Source of the DNA: an uncultured Clostridia bacterium | Lineage (GTDB): Bacteria > Bacillota > Clostridia > Oscillospirales > Ruminococcaceae | Length of the DNA: 64,000 nucleotides | Reading direction: 5' to 3' | Assembly (NCBI GenBank): GCA_947627455.1 | Contig: CANQWC010000006.1 | Coordinates: forward strand, 21,714 to 85,713 | Shown here: positions 20,190-30,800 of the stretch, one piece after another | Layout: each line of letters begins with the position of its first letter | Position numbering within the stretch: position 1 is the stretch's first letter | Notes under the pieces: generated by a model | Seen by the model: the letters and a program-made list of their open reading frames with translations, nothing else | What the model was told of the DNA's origin: nothing | Database searches by the model: none | Translations under genes and position numbers: made by a program

Positions 20190-20338
20190 CACCTTAACGT
20201 TGAGGCTAAAACCAAGCGCGTTCAAGCATGCTCTTTTTCTAATTTCCTCAATCCCTTTGAAAAGGCCTTTACCCCAAACTTTACTCTTTCCTCTCCCCGT
20301 TCTCATCAAAAAACACCTGAGCGCTATCTCTGTCGCAA

Positions 20339-20647
20339 TCATCGCGCCGAGCAGCGGGACAAACTGAACGCCCAAAACGATGAGCAGGGCGTATTCATGA
20401 GCAGGACAAGCGCCACAACCGACGCGGGCAGCATTATCAGCCCGCAGATGAACCATATTCTGCCGCAAAATTTATGCGCAAACTTCCAAGTATCCTTGTT
20501 TTTCATGGACTTTTCGGTGCGGCAACCGTAAATCATGTTGATCTCGCTCGGGGCGTTTTCCATGAAAAACGCGCCCGATACCGTCATCACCGGCGGAATT
20601 ATTATCGGCGGGATAATAAACTCGGTTATCAATGTCAGGATCTCCAT
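20339..20647 (-). CDS. Small SdpI-domain membrane protein, possibly frameshifted at its 3' end
   Basis: The GCRTEKSMKNKDTWKFAHKFCGRIWF block matches the SdpI-domain pattern (G.RT....N...W..AH...G). A hydrophobic continuation (YALLIVLGVQFVPLLGAMIATEIAL) lies in another frame from about 20410 downward. Confidence 0.45.
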   Translation of the reverse strand: MEILTLITEFIIPPIIIPPVMTVSGAFFMENAPSEINMIYGCRTEKSMKNKDTWKFAHKFCGRIWFICGLIMLPASVVALVLLMNTPCSSFWAFSLSRCSAR

Positions 20648-20670
20648 AAGCCCCTCCCGATGGCCGATTT

Positions 20671-21459
20671 TCAGGCTTTGTTCAGCTCTCGGCTCAGCCG
20701 CTTATATGACCTCACGGCGAAGAATACCGCAGCCGCCGTAAGCGCGACCATTACGGCATAGACCACCGCGAGCCCCAAAATGCCCCGCTGATACATCACC
20801 GCGGGCAGGTCGCAGGCGGCATGGACGAGCACGCAGACGGGATAGAGCCACGCCCTGCCCCTTGCGGCCTCAAAGACGAGCACCGACAAAGCGACGTGAC
20901 ACACCATCGTCACGGCCCTTTCAAACAGCGACAGCGCCGCATTTACAGGCCCCAAAGCGGCCAGCGACTCGATCTGAAGCCTTGCCGTTTCCTCGAGCTC
21001 GGGCCTGCCCGCAGAGGCCATTTTTATCATCTCATCGATGCCCATTGTGTTGACGATTATCGCGATGACTATGCCCGAGAGCATCGTCATGCCCAAGATC
21101 ATCACCGCCTCGCAGCCGCCATGCCCGATGCCGTACATTACTGCGGTTTCGGGCGAATTATGCTTTTTTAAAACCGTCTTGAACGCCAAAAACCTCGCCG
21201 TCTCCTCAAATATGCCCGCGGCAAGCGCGCCGTAAATTATGTATGCGATATCGCTGCCCGAAACGATCGGAAGCATAACCGTGTGAAGTATTTGTTCGAG
21301 CAGAAGCGCGAAGATGAAGAATGCCGCCGCGCCGACGAAAAGCGCGGAAACAGGCGCTGTTTTCACCCTTGCTTTGAATATTATCGCGAAGATAACGGGC
21401 AGCGCGACGCAGATCAGGCCCGTCGCCGCCATAAGTATTATTGTTAATGCACTGAACAT
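20671..21459 (-). CDS. YhfC-family intramembrane metalloprotease
   Basis: 262 aa, multi-pass, with IFEETARFLAF and GIGHGGCEA blocks typical of the YhfC (DUF2324) family. Confidence 0.75.
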   Translation of the reverse strand: MFSALTIILMAATGLICVALPVIFAIIFKARVKTAPVSALFVGAAAFFIFALLLEQILHTVMLPIVSGSDIAYIIYGALAAGIFEETARFLAFKTVLKKHNSPETAVMYGIGHGGCEAVMILGMTMLSGIVIAIIVNTMGIDEMIKMASAGRPELEETARLQIESLAALGPVNAALSLFERAVTMVCHVALSVLVFEAARGRAWLYPVCVLVHAACDLPAVMYQRGILGLAVVYAVMVALTAAAVFFAVRSYKRLSRELNKA

Positions 21460-22137
21460 TTAATCTTCCTTCTTATCGTGCTTTAGATAATAGATGTATG
21501 AATAGGCCATCGGGGCGGCGCTTGATATCATCACGAGGACAAAATAGACCCAGAAAAGCGCAGCTGCGTTCGCGAAGCTCGGGATAACAAACGCCGAAAT
21601 TACAGTGATGACGCCCATCGCGACATAAATCTTTCCGCCGAAGCGGTGGGTCGCGCGCCAGTTGTTCTCATCGTTTAAGGCCCAAGGCGTTTTGATGCCG
21701 ATGGAATAGTTTTGCCCGCACTTCGGCAGATAGTTGCCGAGCAGGATAAACAGTATTCCGCAGCCTATCAGGGCCCCTGTCGTGATGTTGATTTTGCCGC
21801 CGAGGGCATAGGCATAGACCAGCCCGTTCACGAGTATCGACATCACGGGGAAGATCCAGAGAACCACCAGAAACGGCTTTCCGTCGATGTTTTTGCGCTT
21901 CGGGTCCATGAGCGTGACCAAGGCGCAAATCACATGTATCAGAAGCAGCGCGGCGGGCATCGCGAAAACGGCAACAGCCTTTGACATGAAGCCGTCGGCC
22001 TCGCCCGCAGAGTTGAAGTGCGAGGGCATCGGGTCGGGCAGCTTAGCCCAGACTATCAAGCCGAAAACTATCGGCAAAAGTGTCAGCAGAGCGGTTATTA
22101 TCAGCGTCGGCAGGTATTTTTTGATCATTTTCTTCAT
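21460..22137 (-). CDS. SdpI/YhfL-family membrane protein (DUF1648 + SdpI domains)
   Basis: The N-terminal LPDPMPSHFNSAGEADGF block is DUF1648-like. The C-terminal IGIKTPWALNDENNWRATHRFGGKIY block is the SdpI domain. Confidence 0.8.
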   Translation of the reverse strand: MKKMIKKYLPTLIITALLTLLPIVFGLIVWAKLPDPMPSHFNSAGEADGFMSKAVAVFAMPAALLLIHVICALVTLMDPKRKNIDGKPFLVVLWIFPVMSILVNGLVYAYALGGKINITTGALIGCGILFILLGNYLPKCGQNYSIGIKTPWALNDENNWRATHRFGGKIYVAMGVITVISAFVIPSFANAAALFWVYFVLVMISSAAPMAYSYIYYLKHDKKED

Positions 22138-22402
22138 TTTCTGTCCCCTCCAGATTCTTAACCCATAAAATTATTTCTTCCAAAACCGAGGCGTTGAGCT
22201 CGTAATAGATGAACTTTCCGTCGCGGTTATCGCGAATGAGATCGGCCTCCCTCAGCACCGACAAATGGCGTGAAATGGCCGCTGCGCTTATCTCAAAGCG
22301 CTCGCTTATTTCACCCGCCGACAGCGCACCGCCCTTTAAAATATCGAGGATCTCGCGGCGGGTCGGGTCGGCAAGGGCTCGCATTGTTGCCTGTAAGCTC
22401 AT
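22043..22402 (-). CDS. ArsR/SdpR-family autorepressor-like transcriptional regulator
   Basis: MRALADPTRREILDILKGGALSAGEISERFEISAAAISRHLSVLREADLI is a winged-HTH ArsR signature. The 3' tail overlaps the sdpI-like start by 95 nt. Confidence 0.85.
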   Translation of the reverse strand: MSLQATMRALADPTRREILDILKGGALSAGEISERFEISAAAISRHLSVLREADLIRDNRDGKFIYYELNASVLEEIILWVKNLEGTENEENDQKIPADADNNRSADTFADSFRLDSLG

Positions 22403-22438
22403 CGGGTAGCTCCTTTCTGCGGCTTCGCGCCGCGTTAA

Positions 22439-22495
22439 TTAACATTTAACTTAAATGTTAATCGTAGTATAGCATACAAAATTTCGGTTGTCAAT
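22439..22495 (-). promoter_or_regulatory. Candidate promoter plus palindromic operator of the arsR/sdpI/yhfC operon
   Basis: On the minus strand: TTGACA, 17 nt, TATACT (22464-22495). A perfect inverted repeat ttaacatttaa-c-ttaaatgttaa (22439-22461) lies immediately downstream. Confidence 0.55.
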
Positions 22496-22583
22496 AGCCG
22501 AAATAAAAAAATTTATATTACCATAATTTTACATAAGCCGCGGGAGGAATAATGGGAGAAAAGGCCCGCGGCAGGGATTGGAA

Positions 22584-22813
22584 AAATTTGGGCGGCGCGT
22601 CCCGAGGGTTTGGCGCGGCAAACCCTCAGCCCGCGCGAAGCGCGGGCGTAAGTGCGCCGAAGGCGCACGCGGGACGCGCCTTGGGTGGTTCAGAGTGAGC
22701 CTCTGCGAGGGCGCCTTGAAAGGTGCGGCAGGTAGCGCGGAGCGAGCGAGGCCGAAGGCTCCGCGAAAGCCCGCGCGGAGCGCGGGCGTAAGTGCGCCGA
22801 AGGCGCACGCGGG
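22584..22813. repeat. GC-rich hairpin cluster containing a 56-bp direct repeat
   Basis: 22618-22673 and 22758-22813 are identical except for one base (22628 a vs 22768 g). Each contains cccgcgc-g[a/g]a-gcgcggg and gtgcgcc-gaa-ggcgcac. 22584-22593 (ggcgcgtccc) is complementary to 22661-22670. Confidence 0.8.
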
Positions 22814-22830
22814 ACGCGCCTTGCTTTGTT

Positions 22831-23397
22831 TCAGGGCGAGCCAACGTAGAAGCCCCGAATAAACAGCTCTTTGTATTTTTCGGGGTCGAAGGCTCGGGGA
22901 GATTTGTCGCCTCCGTAGAGGTTGTAGGCCCGAGTTTTGCCGCAGCGGGCCTCGACAAAAACGGTGTGAAGCGAAAGCTTCTTCGCACCGTTCCAAAAGG
23001 ATATTATATATCCGCCGTCGTGCGCTAAATTCAGCGTGGTCATTCTTTCAGAGGCGATGCCTAACCTCTTTAAGACCCTGCCGATGGAGAACGGGTTTCC
23101 GCCGAAAAAGCCGACGAGCCACAATGTCAGCCCGCCGCAGAGCAGAAACGCCCTCTTCACCGTTTTAAATGAATAGGGCCTGTTGAGATATCGCGAGGCG
23201 TTGGCGACGGCTATTACCTCGCAGGAAGTGTGGTCTGCGCGGGAAAGATAAAGCCGCTGACCGCAGAGGGCACACTGCCCCTGAATAAATTCTGAGCTTT
23301 CCTCCTGAATCGGGCGGAAAAATAAACCGCCTATCGGAAAGGAAAGCGCGCTCTGAAGCCTTAATAAGCCCCCGAGCGCCTTATGCATGACTCCCAT
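22831..23397 (-). CDS. Hypothetical protein, possible papain-like (C39-like) cysteine peptidase
   Basis: 188 aa. DHTSCEVIAVANASRYL (Cys at a helix N-terminus) and a later LHTVFVE...AYNLY give a Cys/His/Asn order resembling the papain fold. The ATG overlaps the GH25 stop (TAATG). Weak, by-eye call only. Confidence 0.4.
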   Translation of the reverse strand: MGVMHKALGGLLRLQSALSFPIGGLFFRPIQEESSEFIQGQCALCGQRLYLSRADHTSCEVIAVANASRYLNRPYSFKTVKRAFLLCGGLTLWLVGFFGGNPFSIGRVLKRLGIASERMTTLNLAHDGGYIISFWNGAKKLSLHTVFVEARCGKTRAYNLYGGDKSPRAFDPEKYKELFIRGFYVGSP

Positions 23398-24503
23398 TAT
23401 TCCTCCGCGCCGTAGTCCTTGAAGCAGATGTTGAGGTCAACACTGCCGTTTATACCCGGGACGGCGCCCTTCGAGGAATACTGCCACATCGTCCACTTGT
23501 AGGGCAGCGAGGGCGTATCGTTATACTCGGCATACCATAAATCATAGCCCGAAAGCCTGCCGAGATCGTACTTCCAGACAGTCGTCTTCTTGTTGGCATA
23601 GAGGACGGGGGTATAGCCCTCTATCTCAAGACGTTGGGCAAACACAAGAAAATTGCTCGTGAGTTGGTCGGGCTCGATATACGCGGTTCGCGCAGTGTCG
23701 CCGTCGGGGTCGTTGACGACCTCCCAGTCGTAGGCGACGGGGAACGTTATATCATAGCCGTCAAGAAGATCAATCACAAACTCGGCCTCGTCAAGAGCCT
23801 CCTCAGTCGTCAGCGCCTGAGAGAAATAATATACGCCGACCTGCAGGCCCGCATTGAGAGCACCCCTTATGTTCGCCTTGAAGTTGGCGTCCTCAGCCAT
23901 CACACCCGTGACATAGCCGCGGTTGCCGCAGCGGATCATCACAAAATCAACGCCAGAAGCCTTTACCTCGTCCCAGTCGATTTCGCCCTGATAAACCGAA
24001 ACGTCTATTCCCCTGAGATAGTCCTCGGGGCCGTAGTAGTTCATATAACCCGAAAATTCATCGGCAAGAAACAGTTCGGACCTGTACTCGTTTTTGGGGA
24101 TATTCTTTAAAATCGGCATCCAAATCGGCCCGTAATGCGAATCGTTCAGCAAAAATCGCTCGTCATCAAGGGCGAAATTATACTCGACCGAGGGGTCGAT
24201 CGGTATGTAGTCGGGGACAAGAATCTCTTTTTCAACCTCGACAATCTGAGGCACTATCGTCCCCTGCTCATGGCTCCAGCCGATCGCGCAGACGATAAGC
24301 GCCGCGCTCAGGAAAACAACCGCAAGCCCGAGCGCTATCACCGCCGCAAGCATAAGCTTTGTGTTCGCGCGCTCGCGCTTCGACCTCGCCTGCTCGGTTC
24401 GCTTCGACAAAGCCGTGAGCTCGTCGTAGACCTGAGCCGCCGAGGGCTGCGCAGGCTCGCTGTAAGACGTGAATTCGTATTTTTCTGTCATCGGGTCACT
24501 CAC
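23397..24503 (-). CDS. Membrane-anchored GH25 muramidase (lysozyme)
   Basis: An N-terminal TM segment (LMLAAVIALGLAVVFLSAALIVCAI) and a C-terminal GH25 domain with GIDVSVYQGEIDWDEVKASGVDFVMIR and ...AYDWE. Confidence 0.85.
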   Translation of the reverse strand: MSDPMTEKYEFTSYSEPAQPSAAQVYDELTALSKRTEQARSKRERANTKLMLAAVIALGLAVVFLSAALIVCAIGWSHEQGTIVPQIVEVEKEILVPDYIPIDPSVEYNFALDDERFLLNDSHYGPIWMPILKNIPKNEYRSELFLADEFSGYMNYYGPEDYLRGIDVSVYQGEIDWDEVKASGVDFVMIRCGNRGYVTGVMAEDANFKANIRGALNAGLQVGVYYFSQALTTEEALDEAEFVIDLLDGYDITFPVAYDWEVVNDPDGDTARTAYIEPDQLTSNFLVFAQRLEIEGYTPVLYANKKTTVWKYDLGRLSGYDLWYAEYNDTPSLPYKWTMWQYSSKGAVPGINGSVDLNICFKDYGAEE

Positions 24504-24707
24504 CTTTCATAATAAACCACTTTTCGCCTTTTTACGACATTCGTGTTTTTAGTTTAACATATTTTCGGGGGAATGTAAAGGGCTATTTAATGGTAAAAAA
24601 TATCAATTTGTTTGTGCGATTTAGCCGACACAGAAATTCATTTTTGTTAATTCATACAAAATTTACCCCCCCCCGACGAAATTTTGGCTATTTTCAATAA
24701 AAATTGG

Positions 24708-24736
24708 TTGAAGCCCGAAAAGATTTGTAGTATAAT
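24708..24736 (+). promoter_or_regulatory. Candidate sigma-A promoter of the giant adhesin gene
   Basis: TTGAAG, 17 nt, TATAAT. A TG lies 3 nt upstream of the -10 hexamer. Confidence 0.45.
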
Positions 24737-24803
24737 ACCTATGTATCTATAAGCTCTGACGCCGAAAGGCAGCTTATAATCTTTTGAGAAACGAGGAATT
24801 AAA

Positions 24804-27800
24804 ATGAAAAGATTATCAGCAATCATTCTTGCAATCGCGCTGGCAGTTTCGGTTATGGCCGAACCGCTTTCCGCTGTGTGGATGCTTACGGGCAACCTCA
24901 GAAGCGGAATTGCACCTATTGCATTAACGGACAGCGCCGACACCATGACGGTTGTCGTCACGCATTGGCATGCGTCGGAAGAAAGCGGACGACCTGTCGG
25001 TGAGAGCGACGACTCAAGCAGAGAAAAAGCTGCGGAAACGCTCGTTGCGCAGTTTAAGAATAATGATGGTACTTATACGCTTAATGGTTTAAACGACGAA
25101 GGCGAAAGCGGCGATCCTGATAGTTGCATGAAGTATGACGGGGAGGACACTGCGAATGTCTCATCGTTCTTTGTGTCGCCTAAGGCTTATCACGCTGACG
25201 GTGATGAAACCGAGGTATATGAAAAGTTCGCGGGGTTCTCGGTGACTACGGGTAATGACGCAACGAAGCTTGAAGAAAATTCACCCGAGACGACAGATGA
25301 TGACAAACTTAAGGTTACATATAACGACAATATCAGGCTCGTCAAAATTGACGTGCTTTATGAGTATGCCGAACCGATAGTCGCAGGTACTCCTGACAGC
25401 ACTGTTTTTGCGGATAGCGGATCAACAAAAAAGAATGCAGAGAAGGATACTTCGTTTGTGTATGGGTATCCATTAGACACTGCTAAGGCAAAAGAACCTA
25501 TTAAAAATGGCAGCACATTTTATGCTTATGGCGATACTACGGCTAAAGAACAAGCGAAAGCTGCTGTAGAAGCTGAATTTGCGGATTCAACGGAAGACCT
25601 CACAAAAGTAAAGGTATATAGCGTGGAGGAAGGGCTTCATACCGATAAGACCGCGACTATCACCGAAAACTCTGAATTCAAAGACGGCAGAACCTTTGAC
25701 CTTCAGCTTGAGGCGTGGTATAGCGGCGATAATAAGGCGAAGGTCGGCCTTGTGCTTGACTCGTCGGGAAGTATGGCTTTTACTTCGGCAGAACCGAACA
25801 GTGCGGAGTTTAATAAAATTAAGGTCGACGAGGGTGAAATTGGCAGTTTAGGTATAACAAAAGTGCCTGCTCCCGAGACAAAGGAAGATGCATTTAACGG
25901 CGATGATTGGTTCATCAAGGACACGGATCTTGATAAAATTCTTGATACAAGGAAGACGGATAATTCGCCAAACGGGTATAATGGGTACTCGTATTATATC
26001 TATGATTCGCGCAGCGACACAAAAGAATTTGTGCCGATCGGGTATTGGGATGGAAAAGAAAAAACAGAATTATCTTATACAGATTCAGGAAAATCATATG
26101 TTGACAACGATTTTCCGAGTTATGCAAACCTTATAGGGTATTATACATTTGATAATGGTGACAATTGGGCGGAAAACAAAGTTACAGGCAAATATGCAAA
26201 ATCTGTCGACAGCGCTGATATGAGCAGCATAAGTTTTGGAGCTGGCGAGGAAATTAAGAGCAAAAGCGGTTATACAATTGATAGCAATAAAGGATTAAAC
26301 ACTACTTATTCGAGTGGCACAAGCGTTCTTGAAAAAGGAATTTTGCTTGACGCGGTACCGTCTTCTGAATACTTTACAATATCTTTTAAAATTACTACTG
26401 GTAGCGAAACCGAATCCAATGAGCTTAATGAAATAATGTATATTGGCCCGTTGGAAAAATCCAGCAACTATGCTCATGTATATCGAGCATCAGGAAGCAG
26501 TAAAAGCCGATTCAGAGTCAATGAGGGCGATGGTGTAAGTGAACCACGCCTATCAAATGTGAACAGTGTATTCGGTAAAGACAAATCAAATTATGTAACA
26601 TTAGTTTTTAACGGTAATAATGTAACATCATACCTCAATGGTGCTGAACCTGAATATGATTCTCAAAATGATGGAAAAACCGATTACGGTAAATTAAAAA
26701 CCAAATTAGACGGATTCAATATAATACTTAACGGCATTAAAGACTCGTACAATGGGCAAAGCATTTATATTGATAATGTCTTTGTATTTGACTGCGCTTT
26801 AAGCGATTATCAGGTTAAAACGCTTTATGATAATTATCAAATAAAAAACACAGATAAGGTAATGACGTCCGACAGTATCTCCTCAGCAGAATACTATTTC
26901 ACTACTAATGGTAAAAAGACTGCAATGTTATCCAGTAAAGTTAATATTGATGAGGACAAAGGCTGGTATTATGCAAATACAACAAGCGACTACTATACCA
27001 ACCTTCAGACCATGGGAACCGCAAAGGATTACAGAATACTGTTATGGGGGCAAGACAGTACATCGGTAAGCTATAATTATGCCCCTGCAAAAGATGTATA
27101 CGGCGAATTATCAAGTGAAGTAGAAAAAAGAGATGCGTATTATACATATACAACAAAGGAAGATACACCTCTTAAATTCTTTGTAGACGAAAGCGGATAT
27201 CTTTGCTGCTTCTATAACACGGGAAGTTCAAAATCGAAAGAAACTAATCGTTACGGCTGGTCGTACGTCTATAAAAAAGTTGATACGTCGCAGACTAAGG
27301 TCGAGGTCCTTCAGCGCGCCCTCGGGCTCTTCGCGACAGGGCTTCAGGAGACTTCGCCGACAAGCTCTATCGCCGCAACTAAATTCTCAACCCCAAATAT
27401 CAACGTGAGCGACTATAATCAGCTCGTACTTCTTAACTGGACAAACAGCCCTGACGAAGCCGCTCAGGTTCTCAGCACGTCGAGAAATAAAGAGGACAAT
27501 GAATATTCGTATCAGATGACGGGCGGCACTAATACCTATACGGGACTGCAATCGTTTATTGATAACCTTGCGGGCACGGGCGCTAATGTTAATAAAAAAT
27601 ATCTTATAATCTTTACCGACGGTAAGGATACGGAGCTGGGCAACATTGTTAAGGCTTGGAAAGAGTCAAACCCAGATGCAGAGGAAAAGGATATTCCCTT
27701 GCAATCTCTTATTATGCAGACGCGGTCGTATAGGCTCGCGGAACAAATAAGAGATATGGGCTATACGATTTATGCGATTATGCTCTCGGGCGGCTCGATT

Positions 27801-30800
27801 TCGTCTGAGCTTTCTCATGATGACTATCGGCAGGCGGTTAATTTCCTTGCAATGCTTACGGGCGAGGAAACTATTGATGATGAAAAAGTGCCTATTACGC
27901 TTGAAAATGAAGATAACAAGGATATAAAAGTATATGATAAAGTATACGAGGGAAGCGACGCGGGAAGCCTTATTACCATTTTCTCGAAAAATATCGTCGA
28001 TATTATTAGCGATGACCTATCGGAATACTCGGTTAAGGACTATCTTGACCCGAGGTTTGACCTTGTTGACGCTAAGAATAATGTTTGGAAGCTTAATGAT
28101 GAGGGAAAAGTTTCAGTTAATGGCGCTAACGAAACACTTCCCGCTGATATAACTCTTTCTAAAGATCGTGAGAGCGACGGTCAGGACGCGGTGCTTAATT
28201 ATGATGCAGGAAAGCACCTTTATTACCTCACTTGGGAAGATGTTACGGTGCCCGGGTGCAATAGCGAGACGGTGTCGCTGCCCGTTTGGAACGCGACCGT
28301 GACGGTGCATGCAAAGGAAGACTTCATCGGCGGTAACTACGTTCTCACAAACGGTAACATGCAGTTGGAAAACTATGTCTCAAAGAACAACTCAACAGAG
28401 GCGAATTCTTCATCGGGCACTGACAAGGCAAAACGTAATGATGATGAACTTGAAGGAGAAATAATTAAAGACCCGTCAAAGGGATTCCCGAGGACGACGG
28501 TTAATGTTCAGATACCTGATATTACAATCGAGGGCGGCACTCAGGTTATTTATATGGGCGAAGAGCTTACACCTGACGGCGTCGCGGAAAAGCTCGGAGA
28601 GACTATCTATGACAATTGGGAAGTCAGCAAAGATCGCTCTCAATGGTATTGGGAGTATCTTAAGAGATATCCGAAGTTGCAAGATATTGAAAATGAAAAT
28701 TCCGAAGTAAAGTTTGAAGGCACACATTATGATGACTTTGAAGGAATCCTTAATGCTATTATAACTAATCCTTCTATTTCTTTTGATTATTACTATCTTC
28801 CATCTTCAAAGCCGAGTGACATCAACGGTGAAACAGGCGTAAAACATAACGCAGATAAGTTGGGCGTGCTTACATTCGATTGGACAAAGGTCAAGACGGG
28901 CTATGATTCATATCCTGTCGATAATATCACAAAGAATACTTTAGACAAAGCTTCGGCACTGACGGTAACGTATACGCCGTCGACGACTATAGACCGCCAG
29001 AATTCAAATAATGACGGCCAACTTCAGAGCGAAAACAACGGCTCCCCTGTCTATCAGTGGGATGATGACTTTAAGCCTGCACCGGGAAGCGTTTTTAAAG
29101 CAGGTTCTGATGAAGAAGATGAAGGATATGTTACCGCCACGGGCACATATGTCACAAAAATCGTCAGCGGACAGACAGCGTTTGACCTTAAGATTCCTGC
29201 GGACGTGGCAGAATATCTCAGCAAGCATTATAGCGGATATACGCTGACCTATACGGCAACGCTTAAGCGAGAGTATCAAGCACGCTCGGAGTCAGACGGA
29301 ACATATGAGACAAAAACAGATTCTGTCGGAACATATACTGCAACATACAGTATTCCTGATTCCGTAACGAAATCGTCAGTTGATCCAATTGTATGCGAAG
29401 GCATAATTAACTATTTGGGCGAATATGGCGCTCCTGATTATGTCAGTGCATACGGCCTGCCGCTGGGCGTTTATTCGTTTATTAACCCGACGCTGACGGT
29501 TACTAAAGGTACTCAAACCGTTGAAAATATCGGCGTTAAATGCGGCGATATTGAAATCGGAGAAGTAACTGACGATATCAAGGATAAATTTAAGAAGTAT
29601 ACAGCTGATGAAAAAACCGCTGCGGATCTTTTAGAAGAAGCTAAAGCGGGAATCTCAAAGGCAGCAGCGACGGGTATTGAAAAATTAGCGGCGAAAACCG
29701 ACACATCTGCAAAGAAAATTTATATCGGCCAAAAAGATAATTATAACGAGGACACGAGCTATCTCGACAATAGGTACGGGTATGGCTATGGCACGTTGGC
29801 GCTTGATACGGGAAGCCTCTCGATAAACAAAACGGTCGTGGGACTTGCCACGGGCGAAGCTAACCCCGATACATATACGATTACGCTTAGCGGAGATCCC
29901 GATGTGCTTAACGGTGAGTATCCGCTGACGGGTATCAACAATGGAAAGTATGTCACCTTTATAAACGGTGAGGCTGAGTATACTCTCAATGGCGGAGATA
30001 GCATTACAATAGACGAGCTTCCTGTCGGGGCGCAGATTAAGATTGACGAAGATGTTGACGGCAAAGTATATACATATACAAAGTCAGTGCCTCCTGATGA
30101 TGTTACTATCATTACAAATACCTTAGTAACAGTCACAAATACCGTAAAAACGGGAAGCCTTACCATTTCAAAGGAGGTAACGGGACCTGTTTCGACGGGG
30201 CATGAGAATGATACGTTTAAATTCACTGTTGAAGCAAAAGTCGGCGAGACGAAGCTTAGCGGAACATACTCAACCAACAGCGGAACAGTTACAACAGTTA
30301 AGTTTACTGACGGTAAATCTGACGAGATAACCCTTAAGGGCGGTGAAAGCATTACCATTCAGGGGCTGCCTGTCGGTACGGAGTTTACGGTTGTCGAAAC
30401 GAAAGACGATAATTACACTACGACGATTTCTGATGACAGCGGCGATGATAAGACCGACGGCAAGGGAACTATCGCCGAGGGTAATAGCGACGTCACCGTT
30501 GCATTCACAAACACCTTTATTACGGGTCAGCTGAGCATCACAAAAACCGTTGAAAACGGCTTCAGCACTGATGAAAAGAAGGAGTTCAGCTTTAGTGTTG
30601 GGTTTACTAACCTTCCGAGCGGGACTGAGTTCAAGTATAAAATCGGAAGCAAAGAGACAACATTCACGGGTTCTCCGATTGAGATTGAGCTTAAACACGG
30701 TGAGACGGCTGTGTTTGACGGCCTGCCGGTGGGGACAGAGTTCACTGTTGAGGAAATCGGTACGCTTGACGACTACACTGTTTCGGCGACGATTGGCGGA

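Noticed and set aside
22529-22996. ORFs of 94-155 aa on both strands across the 22.6-kb hairpin/direct-repeat region (similar ORFs occur at 19.9-20.5 kb).
   Set aside because: Their Arg/Ala/Pro-rich translations simply reflect GC-rich palindromes. Repeated peptide segments come from the 56-bp DNA repeat, and no start context is present.
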